A stretch of 58,910 bases of DNA, counting the filler, from Sphacelaria rigidula (Eukaryota), in assembly GCA_964200075.2 (NCBI GenBank). It is 5 parts of 5 records of this genome, joined end to end, with 100 filler letters (N's around TTAATTAATTAA, not from the genome) between each part and the next. Parts side by side here need not be neighbours in the genome. Positions count along the whole stretch, not along the records: positions 1 to 11,707 come from CAXNAA020004610.1; positions 11,808 to 23,512 come from CAXNAA020004611.1; 3 more parts are not named here. The stretch is one strand, 5' to 3'. The translations under genes were made by a program, and so were the position numbers. Within the stretch, counting starts at the first letter, position 1. Each line of letters opens with the position of its first letter. Below, piece after piece: positions 1-12,052 of the stretch. The notes under the pieces are model-generated. The model saw only the letters and a list, made by a program, of their open reading frames with translations. It did not search any database and had not been told where the DNA came from.

Positions 1-3
1 GAT

Positions 4-406
4 TCATTCACTGATTGACCGCTTTTCACTCTCAATCGTATCATCTACTCTCAATCTCACGAAAACACTGTTAACCGCTCTTTTACCTCCTCGACCTCGA
101 ACTAATTGATGGCCCGAGATGCGATATACCACCACTCGCTCAAGAGGGCCGTCGGCATCTTCAACCGTCATGTGATACGGGGGGGGCTTTGATCGCATAG
201 TTGGTCAACAAGTACTGACTGAGACCCATTGGCAATTGTTTGGGCATGTCGGATGCATCATACGGGGGCAGACATGGTTTACACCTCAGCATCGATACTC
301 GGTTTTTGGGTTCGATGCCAGGTTCATCAGTGGGAAAACCCAAATACAAATGTTTCTCGCCTACCGGGCTATTGTCGGGTGCGGTATCACAGGGCCCAAC
401 CGCCAA
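4..406 (-). pseudogene. C-terminal pol region after the integrase GPY/F motif, ending in a chromodomain-like segment
   Basis: LYLGFPTD..VSMLRCKPC then VYRISGHQLVRGRGGKRAV, at the position where chromoviral Gypsy elements carry a chromodomain. Frameshifted. Confidence 0.5.
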
Positions 407-409
407 GAT

Positions 410-1450
410 TTACCAGGAACCAGTCCAATTCAAGGATAGTTTCGACCTCAACACCTTATCCAACGACGACTTATTGGAGCTAGCCCCCTCGGTTACGGTC
501 TTCACATCATTGTACACCCATGCCCACTGATCTACCTTCCACACCGGACGGTTGTTGACCGCATCATCCAACACAGTGTTTGCCCTGGCTACTTTCGCTG
601 CGTTGATTTGTTTCTGCTCGCGTACCACCTCATGCGCAAGACGAAGACGATAACTAACAGAAATACGGTACTCCGCGATATCCCTATCCAAACTTTGATG
701 GCCCCCGTAAGGTTTCCGTTCGAACACCGTCAGTGACAGTCTTGGCATACGACCAATATAAACTTCATTGGGAGTCAATCCCGTTGCGGCATTGACTGAA
801 TTGTTGTAGTTCATCTGAACAAGGGGCAAATACAAGTCCCAGTCCGTTTGTCCTTCGTTGGATATCCTTGCAAGCATTTGAGCCATCCTATAGTTCACTC
901 GTTCGGTCCCACCGTTTGTGGACGGATGGTATGAGCTTGTAAAATTACTATGGGCACCCAGGAGGTTACTGATGGCAGCAGAACGTTTGCCCACGAGATG
1001 CGGGCCGTTATCGGACAGCAATCGTTTGGGCACACCCCATTGCGGAATGTACGTGTATACGAGAATGTTGGCGGTACCTTCCGCGTTCTAGCTACTGGCA
1101 GGGACGGCGTTTATCACCACATACCGTCGAAATCTATCTGTAAGCAACAAAATATACTTAGGACCACTATCCGTCACGGGCAAGGGGCTAAAAAAGCCCC
1201 ACGTGACTACTTCACCAGGCCCGTTTGGGAGTGACATGGAAACAATCGGCCCACGAACTGTTTGACGTAAAGGTTTTCGCGCCGGACACAAAAGACAACG
1301 CCTTACCCTCCGACGTACATACTGATCCATACAAATCCACCAATAAAAACGCTCAAGCATCTGGGAGGTCCGAGCAACTCCCAGATGTGTCGATGCTTAC
1401 GAAAGACACTCATGGAGAACCCATGGACGCAGGAGCATCGGCACATGAAT
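410..1450 (-). pseudogene. Retroviral-type integrase (zinc finger, DDE core, GPY/F-like motif), frameshifted
   Basis: ERFYWW...VRRCLLC zinc finger end; YILLLTDRFRR; LLSDNGPHL; SSYHPSTNGGTERVN; DWDLYLPLVQMNYN; KLSLNWTGSW. Confidence 0.93.
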
Positions 1451-2540
1451 TCATGGGTCATCACCTAACAAACAGGCATATTTACCTGTAGGTTTACTCA
1501 CACGAAGGGGCGCTGTGGGCCAGCGAACCAAGAGAACGACGCCATCATCATCCATATGAAGCATACCTTTTCGCGATAGTTCAGTAACTTCATCCTGTGG
1601 GGGGGCTTTGTGGTTCCCCACGGGCAAGCAGAAATCGGTTGCTGGAAAAGGAGACAGGCAGCCTTTGGATAGGTCATGCATAGCCGCTCTACAAGGAGGT
1701 TCAGCTTGTTGTTCCCTGGCCCAATCGTCGCGGGAGAGAAGGGGTCCAACGTTCCTCAAATACACTATCCGACGGTTTGTCCAAAATGAAGGGTTTCATG
1801 TCACGGCGGTGTTGACTCGAATCAGGGATATTTGGATCATGCGCGGGGGGATCAGTTAGTGTACTTTCAAGCGGAACCTTGTCTTTGATTCCTACCTCCA
1901 CCAGCGCCTCGGATGATGAGGCATCAGTGGGTACATCATCACCGGGGAAGGGGGGCAAAGCCGAGACTTCGGATATGGAAGAAAGGGGTGCCGTGGATGG
2001 AGTCGATCTTCTGGGGACCTTGCGCCGCGGTGGTTGAGGGGGGGCAAGGAAAGTATCGGGCATCGGGATGGGGCTTGGGATGGGAAGGTCCGCGCCAGAG
2101 GCTGCCAGGGTGGCGGCCGTTTCGGCGGCTCGCCGTTCCCGGGTTCTAGTTGAGATAAGATCTCGAGCTTGAAGCGGGAGGACGAAGTTAGTACAAGACG
2201 GTTCTACATCTGTTGCACAAACCATTTGATGACCGGTTTCACGGTAATGGTCATACCCGCTCGGGTTTGTACTAGCTCCACTCCAAACTGAAGACAACGA
2301 TTTTAGTGGCATACCACCTAGTACAGAAGCATGAGCTGTAGTCGTCAGCCCATCCATGCCAAGTGCCGAGTTGTTGTTCAGAGCGAGTGGTGTGTAGATT
2401 CCGCTATGACCATTTCTGATAATGAGATATACAATGTCTGCGATGGGATCTGTGATGCATCCCAAGGCAGAGCTGACGATGGGTTGGGCCTGGATGAGCA
2501 AGCGAGACAGAAAATCAGCGTTTGCGTTTTGAGATCCTGT

Positions 2541-2957
2541 TCAATACTTCAGCATGAAGTTGTGAGAAGACAGGATTTCAAACCAGCGTTGAACCCGGGC
2601 GTTGTGTTCCGCCATTTTGGCGAGATTTTCCAAAGACGTATGATCTGTATAAATCACGAACGGAATGTCATACAAGTACTGACGGAGACGTCGCACTACC
2701 CAAACAATCGCACCGGTCTCTTGCTCCATGACCGACCAGCTTTGTTCGTTTGGGTAGGTGGTTCGACTCAAATATACAATGGGGCGAATATTAGCATCTG
2801 GTTGTCCCTGCTCCAACGTGCAGCCAAACCCAATTTTGGAGGAATCCGTGTGAAGTCGGAACAAACGTGAACTATTTTTAGCGGCCGACCAGTCTGGGAA
2901 AACCAAGATTGGTGGTCGCGAGAGGGTGTCACGTAGTTGACGCACTACTTTCTCCAT
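2541..2957 (-). pseudogene. Gypsy RNase H domain
   Basis: PPILVFPDW..FRLHTDSSKIGFGCTLEQ..PIVYLSR..EQETGAIVWVVRRLRQYL..FVIYTDH..RVQRW. Confidence 0.93.
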
Positions 2958-3048
2958 TTCCGAGGTGAACGGAATTTCACCTTTTTTAGAAGGGAGGTGA
3001 GGGCTTGGAGGGTTTGGGTCAGGTTCGGCAAATACTGTCGGTAGTAGC

Positions 3049-3936
3049 TCAAACCGCGGAGCAAGAAGCGCACTTGAGATGAATCCCGTGGCATGGGCAT
3101 ATCTGTAAGTGCGGCAACCTTGTTGAGGTTTGGACTACGACGTTCAGGAGTGCTACAGTGGCCCAGGAATTCGATGCTAGTCGCTCCAATGCGGGATTTG
3201 GACGGGGCAAGTTACAAGTTGTGTTGTTCGAAGCGAGCGAAGAAAATACCAAGTGCTCGACGTGCTCGGAAGGGGTGCTTCCGCGTATGACCTCGTTATC
3301 GAGGTACATATGGCACTTGGATAATCCATTTGTCACACGTTGACATGCCCCGGGGGCGCCGGCGGCACCTTGTGGTGTTACTGACCATTCGTGCAGGCCT
3401 GACGGTGTAAAAAACGCCGTCACTTCTACAGATTGTGGGTCAATCACAAGTTGGTGGTAGCCGAACTGCATGTCAAAGTTCGAAAATACTTGACCCCCGC
3501 CGAAAGAGTCAATGATTTCATTTATCCGGGAAAGAGGCAGACGTGCGATTTTGGTGACTGCGTTCAATTGCTGGTAATTAATTGTCAGTCTGATCTCACC
3601 ATTCTTCTTCCAGGCGGCAACAAGCGGCGAGGCCCACGGGGACGTTGAATGCCGTGTTAAACCGGCGGATAAGTATCCGCCGAGGATAACCTGAATTTTA
3701 TCCGCGAAGAGGGGGTTTGTACGGTACGGACGCGTAGCGATAGGTGGCGCGCCATCAGGAATTTTGATTTTGAACGGTGTAGTGGTGCAGCGACCTAGAT
3801 CTAGGGGCGCTTTAAAGAACCGTTCATAATATCTCATCAAAATGACGCAGAGCCTATCGATCACCGTGGGAGTCCAGTCTTCACCGGATAGATCGAAAGC
3901 AATGTGTCGCAAATGTGGGGGGATTTCGTCCCACAA
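3049..3936 (-). pseudogene. Gypsy reverse transcriptase, inactivated
   Basis: PIATRPYR, SPWASPLV, IRLTINYQQLN, FDMQFGYHQL, TAFFTPSGL. Catalytic YLDD reads YLDN, a segment before it appears deleted, and a frameshift follows. Confidence 0.95.
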
Positions 3937-4764
3937 ACGTTGGAAACTAACACGTTGCTCTGGCGATAATCTATCTAAAATAGCAGTGCAGTTGGGGGGT
4001 TCTGATCAGGTTTGTTAGACGCATCGTCCACTACCATCGGGCGAGGTTTGTCTGACGGGGGAGAGTTCGCGGTGATCGAGGTGTCTGGTGGCATTTTCCG
4101 TTCGGTTGCCAGACACACGTTTGACAAGCCTGTCCGTAGGAGGGGCGCCTGAGCAAAGCCAAACAGCTGACCGGGGACTGCTGCCGAGATAGCCCCCCCC
4201 TCAAAACCGGCCAAAAACGTGCACGGAGGCGATGATCATAACTGCCGTTAAAGCTGGTTTCGTGTTGCACGACGCGACTGATTTGGGCGTTATGGCTGAT
4301 TTCGGACTGCTACACGCTTCTCATGTGGGCGAAGTTGCTGCAAACGAGCCCAAAAGTGGGATCGCAGCCGGTTCGTTGGATGGTGCCGGTGCACTTTTGT
4401 GGGGGGGCTATCTCGGCATTAGTCCGGGGAGTATATCGAAACATGCAGAGGACGTGAGAGGAATGGATTGTCTACCTTCGTGAACGGATACTTCGGTCTG
4501 ATCGAAGGCGCCTACATCATCAGCCGGTTGATTGGGGTTGATGAGTTCGACCAAGTAATGCTCAGTGAGGGCAGGGGATCCGTTCCATCTCACAAGGTTC
4601 ACATGTATGAGTTGGGGTTCAAGGGATAATGAGGTCACGTTTTCGCCAACAAAGTACTCACCTATTTGTGTTGGATTATCGACATAAGCATGCGCCCCCG
4701 AAGCAGTGTCGTGATATCCCAATTTCAACCTGCCAGTCTTGGGATGGTGCGAAACAGGTGTGTC

Positions 4765-5200
4765 TCATGTGTATGTATGAGTAGAAAAGCGTAGCCAACT
4801 ATCACGCCCCAGCAAAATATCAACCGACATGAAACCATCGGGCACTATGAGAGCCCATACGGATAATCGCGCAGTCGGACCCGTGTCATCGAAAAATTGC
4901 ACACTAAGTCTTATTGATCGATCAACCGTAAGTGAAGGGGAAGCACCAAATCCGCCAAAAACACGAGAGGAAACCGTAGAAGCGCAATGCGTGTCCGCAG
5001 TCCCCGCGTTGATCATTTGTTGCCAGCAGCTGGCGGTGATGAATGTTTGAGGCGAGCCTGAATCGGGCAACGCAACAGCAAATAAAGGGTATGTTGCATG
5101 CATTCGACTATGTACACCTATTACTTTCGTTGTGAAGGAGGCATCATCCATGATTGCACTACCGCTGACTAGATGCGGTCCGAATTCTTGCAAGAAATCT
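4765..5200 (-). pseudogene. Retrotransposon aspartic protease domain
   Basis: AVALPDSGSPQTFIT ... VDILLGRDSW in ORF 4765..5733. Confidence 0.85.
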
Positions 5201-7661
5201 GTGGGCGAACCGTGCTTGTGACTGTGAGCGGCTGTGCTGAAATACACACGCTGATGATCCTTTGGAGTAAGATTTCTGTCCGACGGTGGGTTGGGGCACG
5301 GAGTGTCTTTTGCACTTGGTGGAGGATCTGTCGAGTGTTGTATTCCGTATACTGTAAGGGATGGACGATGCCTGGGAGAGGCAGTTGTCGTGGCTGGCCG
5401 CGACAACTGGTGGGGTTGGTTTGAAATACCTCGGTCGGCCGCAACAAGTAGCGAAGCATCTGTCTGCGGAGCTGGCGAAGGTACGGCATGAAGTGGGGGC
5501 AAACAAAGGGATGCTTCGTCAAAGGGTGAAGGCAACTTGGCTACAGTAGTCGATTCGCTACCTGTCTTAGTTGGGGACGACGTTGGTAAAGTAGGGGACG
5601 AGCGGTCAAGCGTGGACAGCTCGTCGGTCACTACGCCACGTTTTCCTTGTGATGAAGACTTGGACGTCGGGGTTTCATAACAAGAAGGCGAACGCCCAAT
5701 TGGTGGCGGGGTATCTAACCCAACATATGACAACGCTTTTCTAAAGGTGGGTTCTTACACAGTGTGTGAGGGGTCGACAGGGAGCAGTGTTGATCTGTTC
5801 GAAATCTGGGACACACCGGCCTGGTCGATAGAATCGCTTTCATCTAAAGAAACCCACATTCGTTCACGATTTCGGTGGACGGGTGCAACTGTATCTTCAG
5901 GAATATCTACAGGATCATCCGGAGGAGCCCGCTGAGGGTGACGCGTAAAGCGCACCAAAGGTCCGGCTGCTCCAGGGGCTATTGGGAATTGGTCAAGGAC
6001 AGTCCGCCCTCGGTCACGCTCGTGGCGCTCCACCGGTGCTGTTACTTGGGGTTCCTTCCCAACCCGCTGAGCGACGGAATGCCAGGATTCGACACGGTTG
6101 GGCCCCGTGCTAAAACAATTACGCTCACCAAATAAAAGGGGACTGGGCATCGAAGTCATTTCGTTGGTGGGTGTAACAGGGGTCGGCTTGGCACCTAAGC
6201 CCGATTGGAGGCTGGTGTGTGACCTTGATTCTATTCTCCTACGATGAACGGTCGCAGGGGTAACAGCTACCGTGCCAAAATATGTTCCTGCTTCGGGGAC
6301 GGGAGGTGTTACAGTACATGACTGCCGATCCCACGAGGAGAAATGATCTAACTGGCTATGATCATTGTCACTTGGAGGTAAAATTAGGTGATCAGCTCCA
6401 GAATTAAAACACTGGGTTGGGTCGCAATTGGGAGTCATGCAAAAATACACAAGATTCTGCTGCCATGGAATCCATCATGACAGTCTGATCGAGCCCAGTT
6501 TACCCGCACCACAAACCTGAACCTGTGCCGTACGACATTGGTTTAGTTTTGTGATGTGTGTCTACTGGCCGAGCGAAAGAAAAAAGGGGGGCACTTCCAA
6601 TCGTTGGTTCCCCAATGTGGGCCTGTGGCAGACATTGAGGAATAAACGCGAAGTGTATGTCAAAACGGGCAGAGGACGACGGCCGAATTTTGAGGCAGTG
6701 GTACACTCTGAATCGCCTCACTGTATGCTTATTTGAAACGTGGGGTTTGGCAACTTCCAAAACATCGTCAAGTAGCGCGTGTAACATCAGTGCAGGGACA
6801 GGAATCAATCTGGCGGGGCTCAACCGGTGCGCGAGGTCCAATCACAAGGTGGCGTGTGCCGTCTTGTGAATGATCCTGTGCATACGGGAAAAAGGTACCA
6901 GAATAAGATATGGGTAGCCTTGGGCCGGAAGCCTTTGCGCCCGAGCCTAACAATACGAGTGATTGTACTGTGAGTTGAGATTGCTGTGATCACTACCGTG
7001 GTTCCAATATCAAATCGGGAGTGGTTGCTTGAAAACCGCGCGAATCGCGAAGTCGAGGGTGACGATTTTAATGCTTACGCCCATATTGTGATGATTTCGT
7101 TCAAAGAAAATAATCTGAGGTCACCGAACGCCTTTGTGAGCGATTTCTCGCAGGTGCGCATCAAATACACGGGTACGCAATCGGCCGTGGTATACCCAGT
7201 ATGTTCATGAACTCAAATGCTACGACATTGACATGTATCCTTACAGGGGCGGATCACGTCAGTTTGAAGGAGGGGGTCGACGTAAGGGTTCCACATCGGT
7301 GTTTCCGATAAAGTCCGTGGACATGCTGATTTGATGTGCTTCTCGCCAAATTTATGGTGCGAAAAGCCAAGGAGAGAATCGACTGGTAATCACGACGAGG
7401 GTTGGTGCCGTCGCTGAAAACATGACCTAACCCTCTGACATATTTCATATATGATCCATTTCAGCCAGCCAGACGGCACGGTGGAAAACACCCGTGCTGC
7501 TGAATTTTGAATCGAGAAGGGCAAGAAAGTAAGAAAACGTCATGATTTCGTCGTGCTCGTAGAAATTTGAATGTCAGAGGTTGGTTGCAGTTGACGGGTT
7601 TTTTTCGCCATGCAGCTTAGTGCGCACCGCACATTCACCCGGCCTGCCACCTAATTCATGA

Positions 7662-7674
7662 GGTGTTGGGGCCA
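7662..7674 (-). promoter_or_regulatory. Putative primer-binding site of the Gypsy element
   Basis: Minus strand reads ...TTTCTACA tttatc TGGCCCCAACACC: a TGG-initiated motif 6 nt inside a CA-ending LTR. The priming tRNA is not identified. Confidence 0.5.
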
Positions 7675-7680
7675 GATAAA

Positions 7681-8417
7681 TGTAGAAACTAAATGAAAGA
7701 TCGCAGGAACGTAAAAAAATAAACGTTCGAGTTGTACGACACAATTATCAAGAGTGCCTGGCATAAAGTGATTGCTTTCATACAGTACTGTACAGAGATA
7801 TCGAAGATTCAATCATGCCGCCATGGAACACAAATCTGTACTCACGAGGCAGAGCGAACTTCGACCTCAATCCGCCAAGTTCTGTTTTTATCAATTGGAA
7901 AGGTTTGGCATTTTGAAAAACAGTAGCTAGCGCGACTCCCAGCTGCACGTTGGCAAAATCCCGACACTCTGGTATACAGTTCAACTAACGGTATCCGTCG
8001 GCCGGATCGTGAGGTTAGCTGCAATGAACTGGGGTGGAAGCTGAGGAAGTTGGGTCACATGCAGCACAGGCGTGCACGCTAAGACACGTGCAACCCAAAA
8101 CAGTACCGTATCTATAGTACAGTATAATCACGTAGCACTGTCAGTATGACCCAGTACAGTGCAGAATCGTATCGACACACGATTCAGTACCGGATAGTGC
8201 AAGGTCATCTGCACGGCGCAAGCCAAGTGAAAAAGGTTAGAACAGTACCTACAGGTGAAAAAGAGAAGGTTTGTACCGTGCCTACACCCGAAAAATATAC
8301 GCCGTGCATGACGAGTGTTGTAGTCGGGCGGTGTTGGTTACAGGTCGACCGCACACTTTTCCAACACCGTATAGTAGTAGTGTAAGCTGCATGTTCAAAG
8401 ACACAGTATGCACTACA
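7681..8417 (-). repeat. Putative 5' LTR (~737 bp)
   Basis: Inverted termini TGTAG (7681) and CTACA (8417) next to the putative PBS. No second LTR in the window to confirm the outer boundary. Confidence 0.5.
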
Positions 8418-8429
8418 GATTACGGTTAT

Positions 8430-11400
8430 TGTCACGAACCACGTGGTGGATGTCTAGAGGTGAAGGGTGCCAGTTCGTGGGCACCCGAGTAGTCATCTCA
8501 ACAAAGCATGCAAGCACCAGGATCCGACCGAGTTCGATGATGATTGTGAGTGCAAGATGGTTCAAATAATCTTCACAGTAACTCTCCACTTGCGGTGCGT
8601 CGAGCGAATACTCGAGGCAACACCAGCGGCAGGCAAGTCAGGCTGACTTTAGACAAAGACCAGCGACACCTCCGATATCGCAGTCCATAGATGGCGTAAA
8701 TTCTTCTTGTATCATCGGCGACAGGCTAGTAGTTGCTTTACGTGCTGGGATCAATCCGAACAGCTCTGTAAAAACATGGGTAGACAATCTTATACCAGGC
8801 ATGACAAAAGTATGACACATGGAGCCTAGTCGACTGGAAAATGACCAATAGATCCGTGACATTATAACGCTATGCAGCATCGAAGGAGAAAGAGAGGGGG
8901 CGTGGTCTGGTACAGAAATGTCATAGATCTCCGTATGTTGAACCGCCGTGGTTATCGAAACAAAAGGGGGGGTGCGGGGGGGGAGGGGGGGCGCGTACCC
9001 ATTCCTTGCTTGCCTCAGTCGTTTGACCATTGACCACCATCACCGGGGAGGGGGGGGGGGGGGCGGGGAGGACAGTATCGGTCATAGATCTCGATATCTG
9101 TAGAAGATCAACAAAATTCCGAGGTCAGCACATTGTCCACTCCGACTTTCAGAACAAGAGGGCGGAGCTGTGCAGTCAACCACAACAACAGATGGGGCGC
9201 AAGGAAATGCGAGCCACCGACAAAGCACCTACAAGGCGAACGCACCAGCGACACATCCTTGCTCATTGTGAGGGCTGTGTACAAGCCAACAAGGGAGCCG
9301 ATCCGAAAATCCCAGCAAAAACACAACAAGTACCTCAACTATATGGGATGTCGAACACGTAAGATCGTGCAGTCAAGCAGGATACAATGATCCAAAAGAA
9401 AAAAAAGCTGGATAGCCAGTTGCCGGCAAAAAATGAGACTACAGTAGCAGTCCAAATCACCAGCAACGCAGCAACTGGAACGAGCAAAAGAGAAGAAGAG
9501 CTTTAGCTGAATGCCCCAAATGCCAAGTGAAAAGTGATTGTCACCGTAGCTGCTTGGCGCAGGAAGGTGATGACGATGTCCAAAGGATCAAATGATTTTT
9601 CAATTGTAATAACTTGCTTCAGTTGCTTGTGTGTTCAGCTGGCGGGAGCTGTTAAACAGACATGTACCAAGAGCAATGTGGATCGGGCAGGGAATTAATG
9701 GTACACTCAGGGGAGACTCACTTATAGTCTCCTTGATCCTGAGGCTCAGTCACCGTAGGAAGGGATCGTTGAAGTCTATCAGACGCTGGCGAGGTGTTGA
9801 TTAGTCCTCTACTCTACTGCTGGAGCCTTGGAGCGATGACGGGGTGCTGCGAAAGGGCGACTACATCGACCTGTCGACCTGCCCCGAACACGTCTTCACC
9901 CAAAGTCATGACTCAACTCAGATCTGCTAGCCTCAACCTCAAATAAGCTTACGTACATATCTACCGATAAATCCACGTCATCCAATACGATAGCGACCAA
10001 CGACGCATGTATCAACCTTACAGCTGGCTCGTGGTTGATCCTTATGCCGCTGAAGTATTCGCCAATAATATACAATCCTAGTACCCGCCGGTCTGTCTGT
10101 ATCCAGAGACAGTAACTTAGCCTCTGTATCTCCCCCATCACATTGCATCGGTAGGCAAGAATATGCACGAATACAGTGCACCTTAGAATAATAATAAACT
10201 GCCTCCACAACCACCACGGCTACATCAGACCTCCAAGTAAGCTGCCTCCTCTCTTTGATCTCCACTGGGCCACCCCATGAACGATAAAAATCTGTACACA
10301 ACTCATACAGCACTGTCCTGTATTTTGTTCCGAGTATGTCTTCGTGGACTGGTTTACGTACTGCTTACTACTGGCGAACGGTAGAGTACTGCACCTGCAG
10401 TCCCTTTCGGCAGAGGATAAGAGTAGGGGGTACCTTGGATGCCCCCCACTCGTATGCCTGTGCAAAATAAGATGTTCAGCGTTACGAATTTGGGGTTTCG
10501 CTCCTCTTGGAACAATGAGAATCCGGATTGAAGCATTTCTGCTGAAATCGAAGACAAAATAAGACGCCGAGCCTCGCTCCAAATAAGAGTTTCTTAGCAC
10601 CTGTCGCGCTTTGTACAATGTATCAATTGCCGACCTCGTGTTCGATGCTGCTGGATATCGGCAGGAACTGGGAATGAGATGTGGGGGGTCGACGGTTCCG
10701 TGAACGGTCGAGACCTGGTGCGGTCGTTTCCAACGTAAGACCCAAGTGTTCCCTCCGCGCACTCCGACAACTGACTTCCGTTCGCAACACCATAACTTTT
10801 TTGTTGTCAACATTAGATCCGCGGATCATCACCAATAAAAAACATAGGTGGAAAAAATAGGCACATAAATGTACTGGGCTCACCACGTGGTTCTTCTGTG
10901 CTAACCTGCATTTTTGTCGATAAAAATAACAGTGCGAAAACACGCCCTCATCGTAAGTGACAAAGTGACTATGAGGGCAATCGGAAATTGTGTCCACCAC
11001 TCCATATTTTCACCCGTCGTTTGGCACTTAACTCGCTACCGTTTATTTCTTGAGGGGTTCGGCCCCGTTGTACGTGGGCGTGAGGATAATGACCAATTCA
11101 TCGCAAACAATACCACCTTTCGATTTTACCATTGCTTCTTTCATTTGCAACGGGTGCACCATCGTTTTTGTTGGACCAACGGATACTATCCGCATTATCC
11201 AAGCTCCTGAGGAGTACGTCCTCTATGGTCGTTGTTTTTCCCCTTCGGTCCGGGTGCAAATTTTGTTTCTGTTTTCACAGCTTAGGTGGCTGGATCCAGG
11301 TAAGATTGGACTATCTGTGGTGTCCGAATATCTCGGGTATCGACACGTAATCCCAACATCCTCGCCTGCGCCCCTTCTGCCCCCCGAAACTGCCAACAAC

Positions 11401-11707
11401 CCACTTTGCTGTCGTCACTGCGGAACTGGAAGAAGTCATACATGGCGTCGTTACCAGAAGCCCTGAAGGCCATCGCCTGGGCGTTTGGGTGCGAGGACCC
11501 CGCCGTCGACCCCGGGTTATTATCTCTCTGTCCTATCTCAAGAGCAAGCCTTTTGGTGACATGAAAGACAAGCCCGTCGCCCAGGTACTCGATCAAAACG
11601 CTAGTCATGTACACACAGCCGATATCGACCTCGGCCCGGGAGACCCACAACAAAAAATTGTGCGAATTGAGGTTTAACTTCGAGATGAGGCTCAAGCCCA
11701 AAACAGT
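8430..11707 (-). mobile_element. Possible highly decayed Ty1/Copia relic
   Basis: Weak motif resemblances in Copia order: gag-like KLNLNSHNFLLWVSR (~11650), integrase-like GSASYFVFDFSR (~10560), RT-like LFGLIPARKATTSL and KWRVTVKII (~8570-8760). Confidence 0.3.
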
Positions 11708-11807
11708 NNNNNNNNNNNNNNNNNNNNNNNNNNNNNNNNNNNNNNNNNNNNTTAATTAATTAANNNNNNNNNNNNNNNNNNNNNNNNNNNNNNNNNNNNN
11801 NNNNNNN
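11708..11807. other. Artificial contig-joining spacer
   Basis: 44 N + TTAATTAATTAA (stop codons in all six frames) + 44 N. Confidence 0.98.
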
Positions 11808-12052
11808 GGGAGAGGGGGGGGTGGGCCGGGGGGGCGGGGCGGGGGGGCGGGGGGGGGGGGGGGTGGGGGGGGGGCGGGGGGACCTCACGCCGACTCAAGG
11901 CGTGGGTGGTGTGTCGTTGATTCTTCAGTACGTGTTTTCCCTCCCTCTTCTCCATTTTTTGTCTCCCTCTTGCTGTGCGACGCAAATTGCGCATAGGTAG
12001 TAGACCAGGCCGTATGACCATCCCCCCTCCCCCCACACACACGTAATATCAC

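Larger units (their letters stand above)
1..8417 (-). mobile_element. Degenerate Ty3/Gypsy LTR retrotransposon (5' LTR, gag, PR, RT, RNase H, IN, chromodomain-like end); 3' LTR outside the contig
   Basis: Minus-strand ORF fragments lie in Gypsy order: protease DSG motif (~5070), RT (3049-3936), RNase H (2541-2957), integrase (410-1450). Many stops and frameshifts. Confidence 0.95.

Noticed and set aside
11752..11763. TTAATTAATTAA palindrome recurring every ~11.8 kb
   Set aside because: It is a synthetic six-frame stop linker inside N gaps, not a biological periodic motif.
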